From contig OZ024742.1 of the NCBI GenBank assembly GCA_964016885.1, positions 369,458,001-369,522,000 on the forward strand: a DNA stretch of 64,000 bases. The letters run 5' to 3'. This stretch comes from Eledone cirrhosa. Lineage: Eukaryota. This document shows, one piece after another, positions 41,601 to 56,900 of the stretch. A program made the translations under genes and the position numbers. The number at the start of each line of letters is the position of its first letter. Positions within the stretch are counted from its first letter, which is position 1. The notes below the pieces were generated by a model. That model was not told where the DNA came from. It saw only the letters and a list, made by a program, of their open reading frames with translations, and made no database searches.

Positions 41601-44600
41601 AGTGTTATGAGCAACTCTACAGATCTCATGTTCAAATGTTGTATGATCACCATATTATATCTGTTGGCCAGTGATGCCTGGTCTATATACAGTGTTATGA
41701 GCAACTCTACAGATGTCATGTTCAAATGTAGTATGATCACCATATTATATCTGTTGGCCATTGATGTCTGGTCTATATAGAGTGTTATGAGCAACTGTAC
41801 AGATGTCATGTTCAAATGTTGTATGATCACCATATTATATCTGTTGGCCAGTGATGTCTGGTCTATATACAGTGTTATGAGCAACTGTACAGATCTCATG
41901 TTCAAATGTTGTATGATCACCATATTATATCTGTTGGCCAGTGATGTCTGGTCTATATACAGTGTTATGAGCAACTGTACAGATGTCATGTTCAAATGTT
42001 GTATGATCACCATGTTATATCTGTTGGCCAGTGATATCTGGTCTATATCCAGTGTTATGAGCAACTGTACAGATCTCATGTTCAAATGTTGTATGATCAC
42101 CATATTATATCTGTTGGCCAGTGATGTCTGGTCTATATACAGTGTTATGAGCAACTGTACAGATGTCATGTTCAAATGTTGTATGATCACCATGTTATAT
42201 CTGTTGGCCAGTGATATCTGGTCTATATCCAGTGTTATGAGCAACTGTACAGATCTCATGTTCAAATGTTGTATGATCACCATATTATATCTGTTGGCCA
42301 GTGATGTCTGGTCTATATACAGTGTTATGAGCAACTGTACAGATGTCATGTTCAAATGTTGTATGATCACCATGTTATATCTGTTGGCCAGTGATATCTG
42401 GTCTATATCCAGTGTTATGAGCAACTGTACAGATCTCATGTTCAAATGTTGTATGATCACCATATTATATCTGTTGGCCAGTGATGTCTGGTCTATATAC
42501 AGTGTTATGAGCAACTGTACAGATGTCATGTTCAAATGTTGTATGATCACCATGTTATATCTGTTGGCCAGTGATATCTGGTCTATATCCAGTGTTATGA
42601 GCAACTGTACAGATCTCATGTTCAAATGTTGTATGATCACCATATTATATCTGTTGGCCAGTGATGTCTGGTCTATATACAGTGTTATGAGCAACTCTAC
42701 AGATGTCATGTTGAAATGTTGTATGATCACCATATTATATCTGTTGGCCAGTGATGTCTGGTCTATATACAGTGATATGAGCAACTCTACAGATGTCATG
42801 TTCAAATGTTGTATGATCACCATATTATATCTGTTGGCCAGTGATGTCTGGTCTATATACAGTGTTATGAGCAACTCTACAGATGTCATGTTGAAATGTT
42901 GTATGATCACCATATTATATCTGTTGGCCAGTGATGACTGGTCTATATACAGTGTTATGAACAACTCTACAGATCTCTTGTTCAAATGTTGTATGATCAC
43001 CATATTATATCTGTTGGCCAGTGATGTCTGGTCTATATACAGTGTTATGAGCAACTCTACAGATGTCATGTTGAAATGTTGTATGATCACCATATTATAT
43101 CTGTTGGCAAGTGATATCTGGTCTATATACAGTGATATGAGCAACTGTACAGATGTCATGTTCAAATGTTGTATGATCACCATATTGTATCTGTTGGCCA
43201 GTGATATCTGGTCTATATAGAGTGATATGAGCAACTCTAAAGATGTCATGTTCAAATGTTGTATGATCACCATATTATATCTGTTGGCCAGTGATGTTTG
43301 GTCTATATACAGTGTTATGAGCAACTCTAAAGATGTCATGTTCAAATGTTGTATGATCACCATATTATATCTGTTGGCCAGTGATGTCTGGTCTATATAC
43401 AGTGATATGAGCAACTCTAAAGACCTCATGTTCAATGGTTATATGATCACCATATTATATCTGTTGGCCAGTGATGTCTGGTCTATATACAGTGTTATGA
43501 GCAACTCTACAGATGTCATGTTCAAATGTTGTATGATCACCATATTATATCTGTTGACCAGTGATGTCTGGTCTATATACAGTGATATGAGCAACTCTAC
43601 AGATGTCATGTTCAAATGTTGTATGATCACCATATTATATCTGTTGGCCAGTGATGTCTGGTCTATATACAGTGTTATGAGCAACTCTACAGATCTCATG
43701 TTCAAATGTTGTATGATCACCATATTATATCTGTTGGCCAGTGATGTCTGGTCTATATACAGTGTTATGAGCAACTGTACAGATGTCATGTTCAAATGTT
43801 GTATGATCACCATATTATATCTGTTGGCCAGTGATATCTGGTCTATATACAGTGTTATGAACAACTCTACAGATCTCTTGTTCAAATGTTGTATGATCAC
43901 CATATTATATCTGTTGGCCAGTGATGTCTGGTCTATATACAGTGTTATGAGCAACTGTACAGATCTCATGTTCAAATGTTGTATGATCACCATATTATAT
44001 CTGTTGGCCAGTGATGTCTGGTCTATATACAGTGTTATGAGCAACTGTACAGATGTCATGTTCAAATGTTGTATGAACACCATGTTATATCTGTTGGCCA
44101 GTGATATCTGGTCTATATCCAGTGTTATGAGCAACTGTACAGATCTCATGTTCAAATGTTGTATGATCACCATATTATATCTGTTGGCCAGTGATGTCTG
44201 GTCTATATACAGTGTTATGAGCAACTCTACAGATGTCATGTTGAAATGTTGTATGATCACCATATTATATCTGTTGGCCAGTGATGTCTGGTCTATATAC
44301 AGTGATATGAGCAACTCTACAGATGTCATGTTCAAATGTTGTATGATCACCATATTATATCTGTTGGCCAGTGATGTCTGGTCTATATACAGTGTTATGA
44401 ACAACTCTACAGATCTCTTGTTCAAATGTTGTATGATCACCATATTATATCTGTTGGCCAGTGATGTCTGGTCTATATACAGTGTTATGAGCAACTCTAC
44501 AGATGTCATGTTGAAATGTTGTATGATCACCATATTATATCTGTTGGCCAGTGATATCTGGTCTATATACAGTGATATGAGCAACTGTACAGATGTCATG

Positions 44601-47600
44601 TTCAAATGTTGTATGATCACCATATTATATCTGTTGGCCAGTGATATCTGGTCTATATACAGTGATATGAGCAACTGTACAGATCACTTGTTCAAATGTT
44701 GTATGATCACCATATTATATCTGTTGGCCAGTGATGTTTGTTCTATATACAGTGTTATGAGCAACTCTAAAGATGTCATGTTCAAATGTTGTATGATCAC
44801 CATATTATATCTGTTGGCCAGTGATGTCTGGTCTATATACAGTGATATGAGCAACTCTAAAGACCTCATGTTCAATTGTTATATGATCACCATATTATAT
44901 CTGTTGGCCAGTGATGTCTGGTCTATATACAGTGTTATGAGCAACTCTACAGATCTCATGTTCAAATGTTGTATGATCACCATATTATATCTGTTGGCCA
45001 GTGATGTCTGGTCTATATACAGTGTTATGAGCAACTGTACAGATGTCATGTTCGAATGTTGTATGATCACCATATTATATCTGTTGGCCAGTGATGTCTG
45101 GTCTATATACAGTGTTATGAGCAACTCTACAGATCTCATGTTCAAATGTTGTATGATCACCATATTATATCTGTTGGCCAGTGATGTCTGGTCTATATAC
45201 AGTGTTATGGGCAACTGTACAGATCTCATGTTCAAATGTTGTATGATCACCATATTATATCTGTTGGCCAGTGATGTCTGGTCTATATACAGTGTTATGA
45301 GCAACTCTACAGATCTCATGTTCAAATGTTGTATGATCACCATATTATATCTGTTGGCCAGTGATGCCTGGTCTATATACAGTGTAATGAGCAACTCTAC
45401 AGATGTCATGTTCAAATGTTGTATGATCACCATATTATATCTGTTGGCCAGTGATGTCTGGTCTATATACAGTGTTATGAGCAACTCTACAGATCTCATG
45501 TTCAAATGTTGTATGATCACCATATTATATCTGTTGGCCAGTGATGCCTGGTCTATATACAGTGTTATGAGCAACTCTACAGATGTCATGTTCAAATGTA
45601 GTATGATCACCATATTATATCTGTTGGCCATTGATGTCTGGTCTATATAGAGTGTTATGAGCAACTGTACAGATGTCATGTTCAAATGTTGTATGATCAC
45701 CATATTATATCTGTTGGCCAGTGATGTCTGGTCTATATACAGTGTTATGAACAACTCTACAGATCTCTTGTTCAAATGTTGTATGATCACCATATTATAT
45801 CTGTTGGCCAGTGATGTCTGGTCTATATACAGTGTTATGAGCAACTCTACAGATCGCATGTTCAAATGTTGTATGATCACCATATTATATCTGTTGGCCA
45901 GTGATGTCTGGTCTATATACAGTGTTATGAGCAACTGTACAGATGTCATGTTCAAATGGTATATGATCACCATATTATATCTGTTGGCCAGTGATGTCTG
46001 GTCTATATACAGTGTTATGAGCAACTCTACAGATCTCATGTTCAAATGTTGTATGATCACCATATTATATCTGTTGGCCAGTGATGTCTGGTCTATATAC
46101 AGTGTTATGAGCAACTCTACAGATATCTTGTTCAAATGTTGTATGATCACCATATTATATCTGTTGGCCAGTGATGTTTGGTCTATATACAGTGTTATGA
46201 GCAACTCTACAGATCTCATGTTCAAATGTTGTATGATCACCATATTATATCTGTTGGCCAGTGATGTCTGGTCTATATACAGTGTTATGAGCAACTCTAC
46301 AGATATCTTGTTCAAATGTTGTATGATCACCATATTATATCTGTTGGCCAGTGATGTTTGGTCTATATACAGTGTTATGAGCAACTGTACATATGTCATG
46401 TTCAAATGTTGTATGATCACCATATTATATCTGTTGGCCAGTGATGTCTGGTCTACGTACAGTGTTATGAGCAACTGTACAGATGTCATGTTCAAATGTT
46501 GTATGATCACCATATTATATCTGTTGGCCAGTGATATCTGGTCTATATACAGTGATATGAGCAACTCTACAGATGTCATGTTCAAATGTTGTATGATCGC
46601 AATATTATATCTGTTGGCCAGTGATGTCTGGTCTATATACAGTGTTATGAGCAACTCTACAGATGTCATGTTCAAATGTTGTATGATCACCATATTATAT
46701 CTGTTGACCAGTGATGTCTGGTCTATATACAGTGATATGAGCAACTCTACAGATGTCATGTTCAAATGTTGTATGATCACCATATTATATCTGTTGGCCA
46801 GTGATGTCTGGTCTATATACAGTGTTATGAGCAACTCTAAAGACCTCATGTTCAAATGTTGTATGATCACCATATTATATCTGTTGGCCAGTGATGTCTG
46901 GTCTATATACAGTGATATGAGCAACTGTACAGATGTCATGTTCAAATGTTGTATGATCACCATATTATATCTGTTGGCCAGTATGTCTGGTCTATATACA
47001 GTGTTATGAGCAACTCTACAGATCTCATGTTCAAATGTTGTATGAAAACCATATTATATCTGTTGGCCAGTGATGTCTGGTCTATATACAGTGTTATGAG
47101 CAACTGTACAAATGTCATGTTCAAATGTTGTATGATCACCATATTATATCTCTTGGCCAGTGATGTTTGGTCTATATACAGTGTTATTAGCAACTGTACA
47201 GATGTCATGTTCAAATGTTGTATGATCACCATATTATATCTGTTGGCCAGTGATGTCTGGTCTATATACAGTGTTATGAGCAACTCTACAGATCGCATGT
47301 TCAAATGTTGTATGATCACCATATTATATCTGTTGGCCAGTGATGTCTGGTCTATATACAGTGTTATGAGCAACTCTACAGATCTCTTGTTCAAATCTTG
47401 TATGATCACCATATTATATCTGTTGGCCAGTGATGTCTGGTCTATATACAGTGTTATGAGCAACTGTACATATGTCATGTTCAAATGTTGTATGATCACC
47501 ATATTATGTCTGTTGGCCAGTGATGTCTGGTCTATATACAGTGTTATGAGCAACTCTACAGATGTCATGTTCAAATGTTGTATGATCACCATAATATATA

Positions 47601-48186
47601 TATTGGCCAGTGATGTCTGGTCTATATACAGTGTTATGAGCAACTCTACAGATCGCATGTTCAAATGTTGTATGATCACCATATTATATCTGTTGGCCAG
47701 TGATGTCTGGTCTATATACAGTGTTATGAGCAACTCTACAGATGTCATGTTCAAATGTTGTATGATCACCATAATATATATATTGGCCAGTGATGTCTGG
47801 TCTATATACAGTGTTATGAGCAACTCTACAGATCGCATGTTCAAATGTTGTATGATCACCATATTATATCTGTTGGCCAGTGATGTCTGGTCTATATACA
47901 GTGTTATGAGCAACTCTACAGATCTCATGTTCAATTGTTGTATGATCACCATATTATATCTGTTGGCCAGTGATGTCTGGTCTATATACAGTGTTATGAG
48001 CAACTGTACAGATGTCATGTTCAAATGTTGTATGATCACCATATTATATCTGTTGGCCAGTGATGTCTGGTTTATATACAGTGTTATGAACAACTCTACA
48101 GATCTCTTGTTCAAATGTTGTATGATCACCATATTATATCTGTTGGCCAGTGATGTCTGGTCTATATACAGTGTTATGAGCAACTC
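38600..48186. repeat. Long-range copy of ~12950-23077 (offset 25649 shrinking to 25109 bp in whole-monomer steps)
   Basis: GTTGACG at 13140/38789. ORFs pair as 13888/39267, 17938/43227 and 20368/45657. The 1-bp deletion is at 21693/46982, and GGTTTATATAC...ATGAACAAC is at ~22961/48070. Confidence 0.88.
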
Positions 48187-48429
48187 TACAGATGTCATGT
48201 TCAAATGTTGTATGATCACCATAATATATATATTGGCCAGTGATGTCTGGTCTATATACAGTGTTATGAGCAACTCTACAGATCGCATGTTCAAATGTTG
48301 TATGATCACCATATTATATCTGTTGGCCAGTGATGTCTGGTCTATATACAGTGTTATGAGCAACTCTACAGATCTCATGTTCAATTGTTGTATGATCACC
48401 ATATTATATCTGTTGGCCAGTGATGTCTG

Positions 48430-51400
48430 GTCTATATACAGTGTTATGAGCAACTGTACAGATGTCATGTTCAAATGTTGTATGATCACCATGTTATATC
48501 TGTTGGCCAGTGATATCTGGTCTATATCCAGTGTTATGAGCAACTGTACAGATCTCATGTTCAAATGTTGTATGATCACCATATTATATCTGTTGGCCAG
48601 TGATGTCTGGTCTATATACAGTGTTATGAGCAACTGTACAGATGTCATGTTCAAATGTTGTATGATCACCATGTTATATCTGTTGGCCAGTGATATCTGG
48701 TCTATATCCAGTGTTATGAGCAACTGTACAGATCTCATGTTCAAATGTTGTATGATCACCATATTATATCTGTTGGCCAGTGATGTCTGGTCTATATACA
48801 GTGTTATGAGCAACTGTACAGATGTCATGTTCAAATGTTGTATGATCACCATGTTATATCTGTTGGCCAGTGATATCTGGTCTATATCCAGTGTTATGAG
48901 CAACTGTACAGATCTCATGTTCAAATGTTGTATGATCACCATATTATATCTGTTGGCCAGTGATGTCTGGTCTATATACAGTGTTATGAGCAACTGTACA
49001 GATGTCATGTTCAAATGTTGTATGATCACCATGTTATATCTGTTGGCCAGTGATATCTGGTCTATATCCAGTGTTATGAGCAACTGTACAGATCTCATGT
49101 TCAAATGTTGTATGATCACCATATTATATCTGTTGGCCAGTGATGTCTGGTCTATATACAGTGTTATGAGCAACTCTACAGATGTCATGTTGAAATGTTG
49201 TATGATCACCATATTATATCTGTTGGCCAGTGATGTCTGGTCTATATACAGTGATATGAGCAACTCTACAGATGTCATGTTCAAATGTTGTATGATCACC
49301 ATATTATATCTGTTGGCCAGTGATGTCTGGTCTATATACAGTGTTATGAGCAACTCTACAGATGTCATGTTGAAATGTTGTATGATCACCATATTATATC
49401 TGTTGGCCAGTGATGACTGGTCTATATACAGTGTTATGAACAACTCTACAGATCTCTTGTTCAAATGTTGTATGATCACCATATTATATCTGTTGGCCAG
49501 TGATGTCTGGTCTATATACAGTGTTATGAGCAACTCTACAGATGTCATGTTGAAATGTTGTATGATCACCATATTATATCTGTTGGCAAGTGATATCTGG
49601 TCTATATACAGTGATATGAGCAACTGTACAGATGTCATGTTCAAATGTTGTATGATCACCATATTGTATCTGTTGGCCAGTGATATCTGGTCTATATAGA
49701 GTGATATGAGCAACTCTAAAGATGTCATGTTCAAATGTTGTATGATCACCATATTATATCTGTTGGCCAGTGATGTTTGGTCTATATACAGTGTTATGAG
49801 CAACTCTAAAGATGTCATGTTCAAATGTTGTATGATCACCATATTATATCTGTTGGCCAGTGATGTCTGGTCTATATACAGTGATATGAGCAACTCTAAA
49901 GACCTCATGTTCAATGGTTATATGATCACCATATTATATCTGTTGGCCAGTGATGTCTGGTCTATATACAGTGTTATGAGCAACTCTACAGATGTCATGT
50001 TCAAATGTTGTATGATCACCATATTATATCTGTTGACCAGTGATGTCTGGTCTATATACAGTGATATGAGCAACTCTACAGATGTCATGTTCAAATGTTG
50101 TATGATCACCATATTATATCTGTTGGCCAGTGATGTCTGGTCTATATACAGTGTTATGAGCAACTCTACAGATCTCATGTTCAAATGTTGTATGATCACC
50201 ATATTATATCTGTTGGCCAGTGATGTCTGGTCTATATACAGTGTTATGAGCAACTGTACAGATGTCATGTTCAAATGTTGTATGATCACCATATTATATC
50301 TGTTGGCCAGTGATATCTGGTCTATATACAGTGTTATGAACAACTCTACAGATCTCTTGTTCAAATGTTGTATGATCACCATATTATATCTGTTGGCCAG
50401 TGATGTCTGGTCTATATACAGTGTTATGAGCAACTGTACAGATCTCATGTTCAAATGTTGTATGATCACCATATTATATCTGTTGGCCAGTGATGTCTGG
50501 TCTATATACAGTGTTATGAGCAACTGTACAGATGTCATGTTCAAATGTTGTATGAACACCATGTTATATCTGTTGGCCAGTGATATCTGGTCTATATCCA
50601 GTGTTATGAGCAACTGTACAGATCTCATGTTCAAATGTTGTATGATCACCATATTATATCTGTTGGCCAGTGATGTCTGGTCTATATACAGTGTTATGAG
50701 CAACTCTACAGATGTCATGTTGAAATGTTGTATGATCACCATATTATATCTGTTGGCCAGTGATGTCTGGTCTATATACAGTGATATGAGCAACTCTACA
50801 GATGTCATGTTCAAATGTTGTATGATCACCATATTATATCTGTTGGCCAGTGATGTCTGGTCTATATACAGTGTTATGAACAACTCTACAGATCTCTTGT
50901 TCAAATGTTGTATGATCACCATATTATATCTGTTGGCCAGTGATGTCTGGTCTATATACAGTGTTATGAGCAACTCTACAGATGTCATGTTGAAATGTTG
51001 TATGATCACCATATTATATCTGTTGGCCAGTGATATCTGGTCTATATACAGTGATATGAGCAACTGTACAGATGTCATGTTCAAATGTTGTATGATCACC
51101 ATATTATATCTGTTGGCCAGTGATATCTGGTCTATATACAGTGATATGAGCAACTGTACAGATCACTTGTTCAAATGTTGTATGATCACCATATTATATC
51201 TGTTGGCCAGTGATGTTTGTTCTATATACAGTGTTATGAGCAACTCTAAAGATGTCATGTTCAAATGTTGTATGATCACCATATTATATCTGTTGGCCAG
51301 TGATGTCTGGTCTATATACAGTGATATGAGCAACTCTAAAGACCTCATGTTCAATTGTTATATGATCACCATATTATATCTGTTGGCCAGTGATGTCTGG

Positions 51401-52010
51401 TCTATATACAGTGTTATGAGCAACTCTACAGATCTCATGTTCAAATGTTGTATGATCACCATATTATATCTGTTGGCCAGTGATGTCTGGTCTATATACA
51501 GTGTTATGAGCAACTGTACAGATGTCATGTTCGAATGTTGTATGATCACCATATTATATCTGTTGGCCAGTGATGTCTGGTCTATATACAGTGTTATGAG
51601 CAACTCTACAGATCTCATGTTCAAATGTTGTATGATCACCATATTATATCTGTTGGCCAGTGATGTCTGGTCTATATACAGTGTTATGGGCAACTGTACA
51701 GATCTCATGTTCAAATGTTGTATGATCACCATATTATATCTGTTGGCCAGTGATGTCTGGTCTATATACAGTGTTATGAGCAACTCTACAGATCTCATGT
51801 TCAAATGTTGTATGATCACCATATTATATCTGTTGGCCAGTGATGCCTGGTCTATATACAGTGTAATGAGCAACTCTACAGATGTCATGTTCAAATGTTG
51901 TATGATCACCATATTATATCTGTTGGCCAGTGATGTCTGGTCTATATACAGTGTTATGAGCAACTCTACAGATCTCATGTTCAAATGTTGTATGATCACC
52001 ATATTATATC
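48430..52010. repeat. Copy of ~41950-45530 (period 6479 bp = 72 monomers - 1 bp)
   Basis: Dimer x4 at 41967/48446, TAG at 43220/49699, TTCAATGGTTAT at ~43431/49910, and identical minus-strand ORFs 43439-44674 and 49918-51153. Confidence 0.88.
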
Positions 52011-53990
52011 TGTTGACCAGTGATGTCTGGTCTATATACAGTGATATGAGCAACTCTACAGATGTCATGTTCAAATGTTGTATGATCACCATATTATATC
52101 TGTTGGCCAGTGATGTCTGGTCTATATACAGTGTTATGAGCAACTCTACAGATCTCATGTTCAAATGTTGTATGATCACCATATTATATCTGTTGGCCAG
52201 TGATGTCTGGTCTATATACAGTGTTATGAGCAACTGTACAGATGTCATGTTCAAATGTTGTATGATCACCATATTATATCTGTTGGCCAGTGATATCTGG
52301 TCTATATACAGTGTTATGAACAACTCTACAGATCTCTTGTTCAAATGTTGTATGATCACCATATTATATCTGTTGGCCAGTGATGTCTGGTCTATATACA
52401 GTGTTATGAGCAACTGTACAGATCTCATGTTCAAATGTTGTATGATCACCATATTATATCTGTTGGCCAGTGATGTCTGGTCTATATACAGTGTTATGAG
52501 CAACTGTACAGATGTCATGTTCAAATGTTGTATGAACACCATGTTATATCTGTTGGCCAGTGATATCTGGTCTATATCCAGTGTTATGAGCAACTGTACA
52601 GATCTCATGTTCAAATGTTGTATGATCACCATATTATATCTGTTGGCCAGTGATGTCTGGTCTATATACAGTGTTATGAGCAACTCTACAGATGTCATGT
52701 TGAAATGTTGTATGATCACCATATTATATCTGTTGGCCAGTGATGTCTGGTCTATATACAGTGATATGAGCAACTCTACAGATGTCATGTTCAAATGTTG
52801 TATGATCACCATATTATATCTGTTGGCCAGTGATGTCTGGTCTATATACAGTGTTATGAACAACTCTACAGATCTCTTGTTCAAATGTTGTATGATCACC
52901 ATATTATATCTGTTGGCCAGTGATGTCTGGTCTATATACAGTGTTATGAGCAACTCTACAGATGTCATGTTGAAATGTTGTATGATCACCATATTATATC
53001 TGTTGGCCAGTGATATCTGGTCTATATACAGTGATATGAGCAACTGTACAGATGTCATGTTCAAATGTTGTATGATCACCATATTATATCTGTTGGCCAG
53101 TGATATCTGGTCTATATACAGTGATATGAGCAACTGTACAGATCACTTGTTCAAATGTTGTATGATCACCATATTATATCTGTTGGCCAGTGATGTTTGT
53201 TCTATATACAGTGTTATGAGCAACTCTAAAGATGTCATGTTCAAATGTTGTATGATCACCATATTATATCTGTTGGCCAGTGATGTCTGGTCTATATACA
53301 GTGATATGAGCAACTCTAAAGACCTCATGTTCAATTGTTATATGATCACCATATTATATCTGTTGGCCAGTGATGTCTGGTCTATATACAGTGTTATGAG
53401 CAACTCTACAGATCTCATGTTCAAATGTTGTATGATCACCATATTATATCTGTTGGCCAGTGATGTCTGGTCTATATACAGTGTTATGAGCAACTGTACA
53501 GATGTCATGTTCGAATGTTGTATGATCACCATATTATATCTGTTGGCCAGTGATGTCTGGTCTATATACAGTGTTATGAGCAACTCTACAGATCTCATGT
53601 TCAAATGTTGTATGATCACCATATTATATCTGTTGGCCAGTGATGTCTGGTCTATATACAGTGTTATGGGCAACTGTACAGATCTCATGTTCAAATGTTG
53701 TATGATCACCATATTATATCTGTTGGCCAGTGATGTCTGGTCTATATACAGTGTTATGAGCAACTCTACAGATCTCATGTTCAAATGTTGTATGATCACC
53801 ATATTATATCTGTTGGCCAGTGATGCCTGGTCTATATACAGTGTAATGAGCAACTCTACAGATGTCATGTTCAAATGTTGTATGATCACCATATTATATC
53901 TGTTGGCCAGTGATGTCTGGTCTATATACAGTGTTATGAGCAACTCTACAGATCTCATGTTCAAATGTTGTATGATCACCATATTATATC
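50030..53990. repeat. Tandem duplication of a 22-monomer (1980-bp) unit
   Basis: ATGAACACCATG at ~50552/52532, GATCACTTG at 51161/53141, ATGGGCAAC at ~51686/53666. Confidence 0.9.
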
Positions 53991-56900
53991 TGTTGGCCAG
54001 TGATGCCTGGTCTATATACAGTGTTATGAGCAACTCTACAGATGTCATGTTCAAATGTAGTATGATCACCATATTATATCTGTTGGCCATTGATGTCTGG
54101 TCTATATAGAGTGTTATGAGCAACTGTACAGATGTCATGTTCAAATGTTGTATGATCACCATATTATATCTGTTGGCCAGTGATGTCTGGTCTATATACA
54201 GTGTTATGAACAACTCTACAGATCTCTTGTTCAAATGTTGTATGATCACCATATTATATCTGTTGGCCAGTGATGTCTGGTCTATATACAGTGTTATGAG
54301 CAACTCTACAGATCGCATGTTCAAATGTTGTATGATCACCATATTATATCTGTTGGCCAATGATGTCTGGTCTATATACAGTGTTATGAGCAACTGTACA
54401 GATGTCATGTTCAAATGGTATATGATCACCATATTATATCTGTTGGCCAGTGATGTCTGGTCTATATACAGTGTTATGAGCAACTCTACAGATCTCATGT
54501 TCAAATGTTGTATGATCACCATATTATATCTGTTGGCCAGTGATGTCTGGTCTATATACAGTGTTATGAGCAACTCTACAGATATCTTGTTCAAATGTTG
54601 TATGATCACCATATTATATCTGTTGGCCAGTGATGTTTGGTCTATATACAGTGTTATGAGCAACTCTACAGATCTCATGTTCAAATGTTGTATGATCACC
54701 ATATTATATCTGTTGGCCAGTGATGTCTGGTCTATATACAGTGTTATGAGCAACTCTACAGATATCTTGTTCAAATGTTGTATGATCACCATATTATATC
54801 TGTTGGCCAGTGATGTTTGGTCTATATACAGTGTTATGAGCAACTGTACATATGTCATGTTCAAATGTTGTATGATCACCATATTATATCTGTTGGCCAG
54901 TGATGTCTGGTCTACGTACAGTGTTATGAGCAACTGTACAGATGTCATGTTCAAATGTTGTATGATCACCATATTATATCTGTTGGCCAGTGATATCTGG
55001 TCTATATACAGTGATATGAGCAACTCTACAGATGTCATGTTCAAATGTTGTATGATCGCAATATTATATCTGTTGGCCAGTGATGTCTGGTCTATATACA
55101 GTGTTATGAGCAACTCTACAGATGTCATGTTCAAATGTTGTATGATCACCATATTATATCTGTTGACCAGTGATGTCTGGTCTATATACAGTGATATGAG
55201 CAACTCTACAGATGTCATGTTCAAATGTTGTATGATCACCATATTATATCTGTTGGCCAGTGATGTCTGGTCTATATACAGTGTTATGAGCAACTCTAAA
55301 GACCTCATGTTCAAATGTTGTATGATCACCATATTATATCTGTTGGCCAGTGATGTCTGGTCTATATACAGTGATATGAGCAACTGTACAGATGTCATGT
55401 TCAAATGTTGTATGATCACCATATTATATCTGTTGGCCAGTATGTCTGGTCTATATACAGTGTTATGAGCAACTCTACAGATCTCATGTTCAAATGTTGT
55501 ATGAAAACCATATTATATCTGTTGGCCAGTGATGTCTGGTCTATATACAGTGTTATGAGCAACTGTACAAATGTCATGTTCAAATGTTGTATGATCACCA
55601 TATTATATCTCTTGGCCAGTGATGTTTGGTCTATATACAGTGTTATTAGCAACTGTACAGATGTCATGTTCAAATGTTGTATGATCACCATATTATATCT
55701 GTTGGCCAGTGATGTCTGGTCTATATACAGTGTTATGAGCAACTCTACAGATCGCATGTTCAAATGTTGTATGATCACCATATTATATCTGTTGGCCAGT
55801 GATGTCTGGTCTATATACAGTGTTATGAGCAACTCTACAGATCTCTTGTTCAAATCTTGTATGATCACCATATTATATCTGTTGGCCAGTGATGTCTGGT
55901 CTATATACAGTGTTATGAGCAACTGTACATATGTCATGTTCAAATGTTGTATGATCACCATATTATGTCTGTTGGCCAGTGATGTCTGGTCTATATACAG
56001 TGTTATGAGCAACTCTACAGATGTCATGTTCAAATGTTGTATGATCACCATAATATATATATTGGCCAGTGATGTCTGGTCTATATACAGTGTTATGAGC
56101 AACTCTACAGATCGCATGTTCAAATGTTGTATGATCACCATATTATATCTGTTGGCCAGTGATGTCTGGTCTATATACAGTGTTATGAGCAACTGTACAG
56201 ATGTCATGTTCAAATGTTGTATGATCACCATATTATATCTGTTGGCCAGTGATATCTGGTCTATATACAGTGTTATGAACAACTCTACAGATCTCTTGTT
56301 CAAATGTTGTATGATCACCATATTATATCTGTTGGCCAGTGATGTCTGGTCTATATACAGTGTTATGAGCAACTGTACAGATCTCATGTTCAAATGTTGT
56401 ATGATCACCATATTATATCTGTTGGCCAGTGATGTCTGGTCTATATACAGTGTTATGAGCAACTGTACAGATGTCATGTTCAAATGTTGTATGAACACCA
56501 TGTTATATCTGTTGGCCAGTGATATCTGGTCTATATCCAGTGTTATGAGCAACTGTACAGATCTCATGTTCAAATGTTGTATGATCACCATATTATATCT
56601 GTTGGCCAGTGATGTCTGGTCTATATACAGTGTTATGAGCAACTCTACAGATGTCATGTTGAAATGTTGTATGATCACCATATTATATCTGTTGGCCAGT
56701 GATGTCTGGTCTATATACAGTGATATGAGCAACTCTACAGATGTCATGTTCAAATGTTGTATGATCACCATATTATATCTGTTGGCCAGTGATGTCTGGT
56801 CTATATACAGTGTTATGAACAACTCTACAGATCTCTTGTTCAAATGTTGTATGATCACCATATTATATCTGTTGGCCAGTGATGTCTGGTCTATATACAG

